Shown here: positions 1 through 7,539 of the stretch, piece by piece
Numbering within the stretch: position 1 is the first letter of the stretch
Layout of the letters: the number at the start of each line of letters is the position of its first letter
Assembly (NCBI GenBank): GCA_048941265.1
Contig: JBHLNT010000149.1
Span: forward strand, 1 to 10,663
DNA: 10,663 bases
Direction: 5' to 3'
Source of the DNA: Promethearchaeota archaeon
Lineage (GTDB): Archaea; Asgardarchaeota; Lokiarchaeia; Sigyniarchaeales; SOKP01
The notes under the pieces: generated by a model
The model's database searches: none
What the model was told of the DNA's origin: nothing
What the model saw: only the letters and a program-made list of their open reading frames with translations
Position numbers and translations under genes: made by a program

Positions 1-69
1 TTTATTTTTTTAGATCAATCATTTTAAATAACTATCCAAAGAATTAAATTAATCACTAGTGAAAGTAAA

Positions 70-1302
70 TTGAGAGAGGTAGTCATAGTTAATGGGGCAA
101 GAACTCCAATAGGACATTTTGGTAAATCATTTAAAGATGTCTCCGCTGTTGATTTAGCCTGTTTTGCTATTAAGGCGGCTCTAGAAAGATCCAAAATTAG
201 TCCATCCATGATCGAAGATGTCATCATGGGAGCTATTCATCAAGAGGGAATGGGTAACAATCCTGCTCGAATTGCATCATTAAAAGCTGGAATTCCATTT
301 ACCGCTGGGGCATTAACTATAAATAATGTCTGTTCTTCTGGAATGAAAGCCATTGAACTTGCCGCCCTTCAGATTGCAACGGGTGAATACGATACCGTGC
401 TTGCTGGAGGGATGGAAAATAATAGCCAATGTCCGTACATGCTTATGAACTCAAGATGGGGGTATAGGCTTGGAACAACCGAAGTGGTGGATGCTTTATT
501 TTATGATGGGTTTACAGATACTTATGGAATGTATGGTTCCTATAAGCATGTGGGTGAAACTGCCGAAAATATTTTACAGGATTCCAAGGAAATTTGTGCT
601 AAGTATGGGATTCCTGGAATAAAATTAACATTTGAGCATATAAATCAATTCGCTCTTGAAAGCCAACAAAAGTATCTGATTGCAAAAAAAGCCAATTTTT
701 TCGATGAAATTGTTCCTGTCGAAGTAGTTTTCAAGGGAAAAACTATTTTAGTGGATTATGATGAGAGCCCCCGAAAAGATGTTACTTTAGAAAAACTAAA
801 TTCCCTAAAGCCTGTTTTCAGAGAAGGAGGATTTGTAACTCCAGGGAACACACCTGCTCTAAGTGATGGTGCTGCTGCAGTTATATTAATGGCAAAGGAA
901 AAAGCAGAAGAAATGAATTTAAATTACCTCGGTATTTGGAAAGCATCCGCAATGGGAAATGTAGAACCTCAATATATGGGAATTGGACCGATTCCCGCTA
1001 TTAGAAACTTACTAAAAAAAACAAATTTTAGCCTAAATAATATAGATATTTTCGAGATAAACGAAGCCCAAGCTCAGCAGGTGCTTTTTTGTATAAAAGC
1101 ATTAGGTATAGATAGAAACAAAGTTAATGTCAACGGTGGCGCGATCGCATTAGGACATCCACCAGGAATGACTGGTGTACGTCTAATTTTAACTGCTCTT
1201 TACGAGTTGAAGCGTAGAAAAGGAAAATATGCGATTTGTTCTCAATGTGCTGGAGGAGGTACTGGAATGGCAACACTTATAGAACATTCAATCTCAAGTT
1301 AA
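70..1302 (+). CDS. Thiolase (acetyl-CoA C-acyltransferase family), 410 aa, TTG start
   Basis: N-terminal VVIVNGARTPIG; nucleophile Cys in NNVCSSG; AGGMEN; NEAQA (canonical NEAF); NVNGGAIALGHPPG; C-terminal CAGGGTG. Confidence 0.97.
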   Translation: MREVVIVNGARTPIGHFGKSFKDVSAVDLACFAIKAALERSKISPSMIEDVIMGAIHQEGMGNNPARIASLKAGIPFTAGALTINNVCSSGMKAIELAALQIATGEYDTVLAGGMENNSQCPYMLMNSRWGYRLGTTEVVDALFYDGFTDTYGMYGSYKHVGETAENILQDSKEICAKYGIPGIKLTFEHINQFALESQQKYLIAKKANFFDEIVPVEVVFKGKTILVDYDESPRKDVTLEKLNSLKPVFREGGFVTPGNTPALSDGAAAVILMAKEKAEEMNLNYLGIWKASAMGNVEPQYMGIGPIPAIRNLLKKTNFSLNNIDIFEINEAQAQQVLFCIKALGIDRNKVNVNGGAIALGHPPGMTGVRLILTALYELKRRKGKYAICSQCAGGGTGMATLIEHSISS

Positions 1303-1342
1303 TAAAAATAATAATTGATTAATACAGATCCGAATATTCATA

Positions 1343-1355
1343 TTTTCGTTTTTTT
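1343..1355 (+). terminator. Possible oligo-T terminator between the convergent thiolase and ligase-like genes
   Basis: TTTTCGTTTTTTT about 40 nt after the thiolase stop, in a 75-nt convergent gap. The AT-rich background weakens the call. Confidence 0.3.
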
Positions 1356-1377
1356 AATAGTTTCTTTATAGTTATTA

Positions 1378-3192
1378 TTAATCTAAAAATTTTTGTTCAA
1401 TTGAATCATAAGTATTTTTTCTTAGAGTTATATCTTCCCATTGTTGTTTTAAAATAAATTTTAGAACTAATTCATTAATATTTTTGGGTAATTCTTCTTT
1501 AAATTCTATAAACCTGGGAACCATGAAATAGGCTAAATTTTCATTAAGGAAATAATGAAAGTCAGAGTATTTCAGTTTTTTATCTTTTTTAACTACAGCA
1601 CATATTTTTATCTCTTTATTAGGAGAATTTTTAAAAGATACCTCAAATGCAGCACACTCAGATATAGCTGGATGTGAGTTAGCAATTTTTTCAATATCTG
1701 TAGCAAAAAAGATTTCTTCTCCTCTAAGAATCATATCCGTTTTCCTACCTAAATAGTACACAAAGTCTTCATTATCTCTATAACCAAACTCTCCTGTGTA
1801 AACCCATCTATTAGGTCCTATCTTCATTGATAAGGATTCTTCTAAATTATAATATTCTAATTCAAAAGGAAGCTTAGTCCTTGACACAATTTCGCCAACA
1901 TTGTTTCTTCCTGGAGGTAACTTTCTTCCATTTTCATCGACGATTTTTAACTCATAACCCCTAACTGGTGTTCCCACAGATCCTAATTTGCCACCTTTAG
2001 AACCTATAGTATTCATTAGAATTCCAATCCCCTCTACTACTGCCCAAATTTCGAAAAGTGGTATACCAAATCTTCTTTCAAATGCTTCCCACACTGTTTT
2101 TAAAGCTCCGAATCCAAATGCATACTTCAATGAATGTTTTCTATCCGAATTCTTTGGATATTGATTAACTAATGCTGACAAAAATTTGCCATTATAGATA
2201 AAACAATCTGGTTTATATTTATTTATATCATTCCAAAATCTTGATTCATTAAATTCTTCAGCTATTACTATAGATCCATTATAAAATAATGTAGGAATTA
2301 TAGCTAAATACCGTGTAAAAATATGAGCCAGAGGTAGAGAACAATATATTTTATTAGACATCTGGTTAAAACCAAAATCCTCTAATTTGCTACCTATGCT
2401 AATACCTGAAAGAGTATAATTATTTCTATATAGAACACCTTTGGGTTTTCCGGTGGCACCTGAAGTATAACAGATTTCTAAAGGATTAAAATTTTGAATA
2501 TTTACATTTGGATTTTTAGTCTCATTGGAGAAAATTTCCTGAAAATCAATAAATTTATCTTTAAAATTGAAATTACTAGAAGGATTATAAACAATAATTT
2601 TTTTAATTTGTGGAATTTTATTATGAATTTTTTTAAATTTAGAAAGATATCTGTAATCAATAATTAAAATCTCAGTATTACTATTTTTCAAGATATACTC
2701 AAGAAGATTCTCTGTCAATAAATGATTAATTGCTACTACCACACATCCCGTTTTTGCTATAGCAAACCAACAAAACATGAAATCAGGACAATCTGGGAGC
2801 AATAAAGCAATCTTTGGGCTTTTTATTTTTAATTTTTTCGTTAATTTTAAGAGGCCATTACCAATTTTATTTGAAATTTCGTTTGTATCAGCGTAAGAAA
2901 AAATTTTATTTCTAAAGTAAATAAATGGCAGATCTTTATTCATTAAAGCTTTCTTTTCCACTAAATTTGATAAAGTAGCATCATCTATACCATATTTTTT
3001 CGTTATTTGATAAAGATCATAATTTTTACGAATTACTAGTTTCTCCCCACTCAATTCTATCAGAACTTCCTCTTTATCTTTAAAAGGAAAGTAATCATTT
3101 TTAGATAAACTACTTGGAATGTAGACCCAAAAGCTTTTATAACCACGATTTCCTGATTTTTTTTCTGAAATTTTACCTTTAGCAGTTGTCAT
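1378..3192 (-). CDS. AbrB/MazE-like DNA-binding domain fused to a CaiC-like AMP-binding (acyl-CoA ligase) domain; probably catalytically degenerate
   Basis: Residues ~1-57 show a swapped-hairpin pattern (KSFWVYIPSSL...FPFKDKEEVLIELSGEKLVIRK). The remainder is ANL fold: YTSGATGKPKG, LPLAH, GSVGTP, GEIVSR, GRKTD, LAYFMVPRFIEF..ELPK. Motifs A5, A7, A8 and A10 are altered. Confidence 0.9.
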   Translation of the reverse strand: MTTAKGKISEKKSGNRGYKSFWVYIPSSLSKNDYFPFKDKEEVLIELSGEKLVIRKNYDLYQITKKYGIDDATLSNLVEKKALMNKDLPFIYFRNKIFSYADTNEISNKIGNGLLKLTKKLKIKSPKIALLLPDCPDFMFCWFAIAKTGCVVVAINHLLTENLLEYILKNSNTEILIIDYRYLSKFKKIHNKIPQIKKIIVYNPSSNFNFKDKFIDFQEIFSNETKNPNVNIQNFNPLEICYTSGATGKPKGVLYRNNYTLSGISIGSKLEDFGFNQMSNKIYCSLPLAHIFTRYLAIIPTLFYNGSIVIAEEFNESRFWNDINKYKPDCFIYNGKFLSALVNQYPKNSDRKHSLKYAFGFGALKTVWEAFERRFGIPLFEIWAVVEGIGILMNTIGSKGGKLGSVGTPVRGYELKIVDENGRKLPPGRNNVGEIVSRTKLPFELEYYNLEESLSMKIGPNRWVYTGEFGYRDNEDFVYYLGRKTDMILRGEEIFFATDIEKIANSHPAISECAAFEVSFKNSPNKEIKICAVVKKDKKLKYSDFHYFLNENLAYFMVPRFIEFKEELPKNINELVLKFILKQQWEDITLRKNTYDSIEQKFLD

Positions 3193-3210
3193 AAGAATAA
3201 ATTAAAAATT

Positions 3211-3248
3211 TTTTTACTATAGTAAATTATTTTATCATATAGTAAAAA
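3211..3248. promoter_or_regulatory. Operator-like palindrome/repeat upstream of the AbrB-ligase fusion
   Basis: Perfect 14-bp palindrome TTTACTATAGTAAA at 3213-3226. TATAGTAAA recurs 20 bp later at 3238-3246. TTTTTACTATA (3211-3221) and TATAGTAAAAA (3238-3248) form an 11-bp inverted repeat. Confidence 0.55.
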
Positions 3249-3252
3249 TAAT

Positions 3253-3278
3253 TATTAAAATAAAATCTTATTTTAATA
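3253..3278. repeat. 11-bp AT-only inverted repeat with 4-nt spacer
   Basis: TATTAAAATAA-AATC-TTATTTTAATA, between the RACo stop and the fusion gene start. Confidence 0.45.
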
Positions 3279-3341
3279 TCGAATTATAAACAAGATCTTA
3301 TAATAAAATGAGGTTTGCATAAAATTATTTTATTTATTATT

Positions 3342-5354
3342 TTACATTAATGGTAAATCTTTATATTGTTCCTTAATTGAAGGGAAATTTTCAAGGTCAT
3401 AATGAGGAAAATAAAGTGAAGCTGTAAATTCTTTCTGAAATATTGGTAAAGAAGCAATTTCATAATATTTTATATTAAATGCTATTTCGTTCGCTAGTTT
3501 TCTCTGTTTAAAATCTCTAAGTAATAATTGAGCACCAATGCCAGCAGAATTTCCTATTTGGAATACATTCTCTGATTTAACTTCGGGAAATAAACCAATG
3601 AAAGCAGCATTTTTTTTATTAATAAATGTTCCAAAACCACCTGCTAATAGAACTTGCTCAAGTGAGGTTTGATTTTTATTGTCTAATTTAATTAATAAAT
3701 ATGCTGCTGAAAGAAAAGCACCTTTTGCTAATTGAAGTTGATTAATATCTTTTTGTGTAATTATAATTTCATTACTACTACTTTTTGCGATATCATCTTG
3801 GAAGTGATTATCCCATTCTGGTTTATATAATATATAGCAGTAAAGATTTTCCCTCTTAGCAATTCTTGGATGATTTTTAATTTCATCAGATTTTAAATTG
3901 AATTTACCAGCTCGAGTTATGATTTTCGATTTTAACATTTCTGCGACCGCATCAATTAAGCCTGAACCACATATCCCTAGAGGGTTAGTATTTCCGATTA
4001 CTTTTAAAGAGGGTTCCAGTGTTTCTTTATCTATAAAGACTGACTCTATTGCCCCCTCAGAAGCCCTCATTCCACTTGAAATATGAGCACCCTCTAAAGC
4101 TGAACCCGCTGCACATGAACAAGTACATAGGCCGTTTTTATTTCCTATAACCAATTCTCCATTCGTTCCAATATCAACCAAAAGAGTATACTTTTCAAAG
4201 GTATAAATTTTTGATGAAATAATACATCCAATAGTATCTGTTCCCACATAACTGGCTATAACCGGAGGGGAATATACATTAGTATTTGGATTACAATTTA
4301 ATCCAAGAGTATTAGCACTTAAATTAATAGGAGCTTTAAAAACAGGAACATAAGGCGAAACTGCCAAAAATTCAATTGGAATACCGAAAAACATATGGTG
4401 CATCCCCGTATTCCCTACGATCGTAATATCTTTTATGTCAGAAAGAGAAATTTTTGCTTTTTTACAACAATTTTCAATAATATTGTTTATTCCATTGATA
4501 ATTAGCTTTTTGGCTTTTTCATTGTTATTATTTTTTATTATATATGTTAATCTTGAGATTAAATCTTCACCAATAGCAACTTGAGGATTTAATATAGCAG
4601 AAATGGATGATATTTGTCCAGAAATTAAATTAATTAAATATCCAACGATAGTAGTTGTTCCGATATCAATTGCTAATCCAAAAATAGTACGAGAATTTTT
4701 CCCCGAATCTATATCAAATATTTTCCAGTTATTATCTTTGCTAGTTTCAAAAGTTCTTCGATAAAATACTGTGATAACACCACTTTTTTCCCTTAATAAT
4801 AGTGGTATTTTTTTTATTACATTATATAAAGAGTTGTTTACATGGCAAGGATTATAATCTTTAAATATGTTGAATTCATCTTCCCCATTTTCAATAGCAT
4901 TAACAAACTCTGATAATAAATTTTTGGTATTTCTTAGATTCGAAAAATTAATAGAATAAGATTTTACTGCTATAACTGGCCACGGTTCTTTATCATGTTC
5001 AATTCCTAAAACTTTTAAATCTGCATCAACCAAAATCTGATTTCCTTTTGGAATTAAAGCCTCCGTTAAAAATATTCTTGAATCTCCATGAATTTTAGTT
5101 TGACAAGCGAGACGATACCCTTTTGATAATTTTGAATTTCCTAACAATTTAATTTCCTTTTTAGAAGGTTCTGAAAGTTTCGCATTAGGATCTAATATTC
5201 GGATAATACATTTTCCACATGTTCCTTTACCTGCACATAGAGCTCCTATTGGAAAATTTAATGCTAAAATCGCTTCATAAGCAGTAGAGCAGGTGGAAAT
5301 GTTAATACGTTTAGATATGGGTTCAATTATGAGTGTAACTCTTTCATTTACCAT
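3342..5354 (-). CDS. ATP-dependent reductive activator of corrinoid proteins, RACo type (N-terminal [2Fe-2S] ferredoxin plus ASKHA/DUF4445 domains), 670 aa
   Basis: CAGKGTCGKC...RLACQ [2Fe-2S] motif; DIGTTTIV; NPQ..GEDLISR; GNTGMHH; DIGTNGE; CAAGSALEG; GICGSGL; QKDI.QLQLAKGA; LAGGFG; GNSAG. Adjacent to a corrinoid protein gene. Confidence 0.95.
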   Translation of the reverse strand: MVNERVTLIIEPISKRINISTCSTAYEAILALNFPIGALCAGKGTCGKCIIRILDPNAKLSEPSKKEIKLLGNSKLSKGYRLACQTKIHGDSRIFLTEALIPKGNQILVDADLKVLGIEHDKEPWPVIAVKSYSINFSNLRNTKNLLSEFVNAIENGEDEFNIFKDYNPCHVNNSLYNVIKKIPLLLREKSGVITVFYRRTFETSKDNNWKIFDIDSGKNSRTIFGLAIDIGTTTIVGYLINLISGQISSISAILNPQVAIGEDLISRLTYIIKNNNNEKAKKLIINGINNIIENCCKKAKISLSDIKDITIVGNTGMHHMFFGIPIEFLAVSPYVPVFKAPINLSANTLGLNCNPNTNVYSPPVIASYVGTDTIGCIISSKIYTFEKYTLLVDIGTNGELVIGNKNGLCTCSCAAGSALEGAHISSGMRASEGAIESVFIDKETLEPSLKVIGNTNPLGICGSGLIDAVAEMLKSKIITRAGKFNLKSDEIKNHPRIAKRENLYCYILYKPEWDNHFQDDIAKSSSNEIIITQKDINQLQLAKGAFLSAAYLLIKLDNKNQTSLEQVLLAGGFGTFINKKNAAFIGLFPEVKSENVFQIGNSAGIGAQLLLRDFKQRKLANEIAFNIKYYEIASLPIFQKEFTASLYFPHYDLENFPSIKEQYKDLPLM

Positions 5355-5362
5355 TTAATTAG

Positions 5363-5368
5363 ACCTCC
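5363..5368 (-). promoter_or_regulatory. Shine-Dalgarno site of the RACo gene
   Basis: GGAGGT on the minus strand, 8 nt before the ATG at 5354. Confidence 0.75.
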
Positions 5369-5459
5369 TAATAGTTTTGAATATTTTTCTAAAAAAAAAA
5401 TCTTAAAATTTTTATTTAAACAAGAAATATCCTTTGGAAATAGGAAAAAATTAGTTATT

Positions 5460-6146
5460 TCATTCGCTAAGCCATTTGTCAATGATCTCAACTCCCGTTA
5501 AGGCATCTAGAGCATATGCATCTGCCTTTGTTTCTTTGGCAATCTCAGAAGAGGCTGCAGCTCCACCAAGGATAACTTTTACTTTATGAGCTAGATTTTC
5601 TTTCTTTAATAAATTCATTACTGTTTTAATAGCTGGTTCTACTGAAGAGAGAAGATACGAAATTCCAATAACTTTAACCTCTGGTAATTTTGCATATTTA
5701 AAGAAAACTTCAGGTTTGACATCTACACCGAGATCTATTATATCCATTCCATAAGATTTCATTAGGGCAACTAATACATTTTTACCTAGATTATGTATAT
5801 CTCCTTCAATAGTGCCAACAACAATCTTTCCTGAATATTTTTTCGCATTAGCAGCATCGTTATATTTCGTTTCATCTAGCAATAAGACAGCATCTTCAAT
5901 TGCTTCTGCTGCCAAAATAAGTCCTAACTCCCCAGATTCTTCTAAGCCTTTTAAAATCCCTTTCTGGATAATATCAATGCTTGAGATACCCGCTTTTATC
6001 GCTCTTTTTATTGATTCTTTCATTGAGAAAAAATCTAATGTTTCAACAGCTTCAATGATATGATTGATAAGGGACTCATCAATTTGAACAATATTTGCAT
6101 TTTCCATATTAAGACACTTCCTTTTAGATGTTATAGAAGGTTCCAT
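5460..6146 (-). CDS. Methyltransferase-associated corrinoid protein (MtaC/MttC-like: helical cap plus B12-binding domain); real start may be the ATG at 6107
   Basis: GTIEGDIHNLGKN (DxHxxG), IIDLGVDV, IGISYL, VKVILGGAA, ADAYALDA. A GGAAGTG SD-like sequence precedes the second Met (MENANIV, 6107). Confidence 0.95.
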   Translation of the reverse strand: MEPSITSKRKCLNMENANIVQIDESLINHIIEAVETLDFFSMKESIKRAIKAGISSIDIIQKGILKGLEESGELGLILAAEAIEDAVLLLDETKYNDAANAKKYSGKIVVGTIEGDIHNLGKNVLVALMKSYGMDIIDLGVDVKPEVFFKYAKLPEVKVIGISYLLSSVEPAIKTVMNLLKKENLAHKVKVILGGAAASSEIAKETKADAYALDALTGVEIIDKWLSE

Positions 6147-6149
6147 ATT

Positions 6150-6935
6150 TTAAATTATTAAAACAATGCCATGCCAAGCACAGAAAGGTACCGATTTAGC
6201 AGGATGCTCAGGATTAATTACATATGGGGTCTTCTCACCACAATTAGTCACTGTAGCAAAAACATCAACACCACAAGCTTCTAACGAAGGTCGTGCTCTT
6301 AAGTATTGGCTGCACATTTGTCCTTCGAGAGCTGGACATCTAGGTAATTTTTTTCCTTTAGCTACATCCACTACATATTCTGGCGATATAAACCCACAAC
6401 CAAGGCATGGTCCTCCGCTAAATCCCATAGCAAGATAATAACCTAAATAGGTTGCTTCGGCCTCTATTCTTGTTACCATTTCATTCAATAAGTTCACATC
6501 ACCGGCAGCACGCGTAAGAAAACCAGGAAATACATGGTTTTCTACAGGAGGATAGAAACAAACTAAAATTCCATGTTTATAATTTGCAACTATTTCTCTC
6601 ATCTCTTCTGTAGTAGGAGAATGCGGAGGGCAATTTAACGACATTCCATAACCGAAACATACTGGGATTCTACACTTCCATCGAACCCGAGGATCTATTA
6701 CGATTTTTTCAGTGGTAATTAATTTAGCATGGCCTGTAGAATTAGATTTCGCATTAGAAATTACTTTTTGTATTATATCATTTGATCTTTTATTTAGTTC
6801 TTCAAAAACTTCCATATCCGCTTTTCGTCGAATAGGAGATGGTGGTCTATCCTTTTTTTCTGGTAAAGGATTACGGCGTTTATATGAGACATTAGACCAA
6901 CGTCTTTCTATTTCTGGTATTACTTTTCTTTGCAT
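6150..6935 (-). CDS. DUF2284-family Cys-rich predicted metal-binding protein with N-terminal extension, 261 aa
   Basis: DPRVRWKCRIPVCFGYGMSLNCPPHSP, GYYLAMGFSGGPCLGC and C...C...ARPSLEACGVDVFATV match my recollection of the DUF2284 consensus. Confidence 0.85.
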   Translation of the reverse strand: MQRKVIPEIERRWSNVSYKRRNPLPEKKDRPPSPIRRKADMEVFEELNKRSNDIIQKVISNAKSNSTGHAKLITTEKIVIDPRVRWKCRIPVCFGYGMSLNCPPHSPTTEEMREIVANYKHGILVCFYPPVENHVFPGFLTRAAGDVNLLNEMVTRIEAEATYLGYYLAMGFSGGPCLGCGFISPEYVVDVAKGKKLPRCPALEGQMCSQYLRARPSLEACGVDVFATVTNCGEKTPYVINPEHPAKSVPFCAWHGIVLII

Positions 6936-7302
6936 AGTTTCTTCAACATTAGTTTGTCTTGAATTATTATTTCATTTTTTTTCTATTTCTTAAATTTCAG
7001 AAATTACTAACGTACTAAACATATTTTGGGAGTAAAATCTTTATTGAGATATTTCATAATTATTTATAAATATATTCAATCTAAACACACTCTATTTGAT
7101 ATTATACTTTTTAAGCTATTGAATAATAATTTAAAATAAAAATATTAAGAGTAATACCTTAAATGAGCACATTTCACTTTAGAATATCTGACTGAATTCG
7201 AGTTCGTGTTATAATCACATTAATTCAGAGGGATCAATACTATTTTAAGTAAAAATAATATTTTATGGATATTAGTTTTAAAAAATTCGTTAGGTGAAGA
7301 AA

Positions 7303-7518
7303 ATGCCTGAGTGTAAATTAATTAAGAACTGCCCATTTTTTCATAATAAGATGGAAAATATGCCTTCTATTGCTGAGTTATATAAAAAAAAATATTGTCA
7401 AGGTGATAATGTTAATTGTGCTCGATTTAAAGTATTTAATGCCCTCGGACGATCTGAAGTTCCTATAGACTTATTTCCTAATCAAATTGAACGTGTAAGC
7501 AAAATCATAAATTCTTGA
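7303..7518 (+). CDS. Small conserved-looking 4-Cys hypothetical protein, 71 aa (putative metal-binding)
   Basis: MPECKLIKNCPFF...YCQGDNVNCARFKV...VPIDLFPN, with pattern CX5C-X21-CX6C. AGGTGA (7292-7297) is an SD 5 nt before ATG 7303, so the ORF-track GTG at 7294 is probably part of the RBS. Confidence 0.8.
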   Translation: MPECKLIKNCPFFHNKMENMPSIAELYKKKYCQGDNVNCARFKVFNALGRSEVPIDLFPNQIERVSKIINS

Positions 7519-7539
7519 GAAAATAATTTCAATATATTC

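Noticed and set aside
24-227. 67-aa minus-strand ORF
   Set aside because: Antisense shadow of the thiolase with no recognisable motifs.
3898-4086. 62-aa plus-strand ORF
   Set aside because: Antisense to the well-supported RACo gene.
5391-5400. A10 tract (T10 on the coding strand) between the corrinoid and RACo genes as attenuator or phase-variable tract
   Set aside because: Homopolymers are frequent in these AT-rich gaps and nothing else supports a function.
5451-5462. TGA stop of the corrinoid protein as possible selenocysteine
   Set aside because: It falls at the normal C-terminus of the family and TAA follows after two codons.
6936-6975. Upstream ATG at 6975 that would add MNNNSRQTNVEET to DUF2284 if one A were removed, or a mini-uORF ATG AAA TAA
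   Set aside because: It needs an assumed indel with no homology support. Such patterns are common in AT-rich DNA, and read data would be needed.
5812-6993. Plus-strand ORFs 5812-6063, 6166-6438 and 6712-6993
   Set aside because: Antisense shadows of the corrinoid and DUF2284 genes with no independent evidence.
6936-7302. Cobalamin riboswitch or other known RNA upstream of the corrinoid genes
   Set aside because: I could not find a B12-box or the conserved paired core on either strand. An Rfam search would be decisive.
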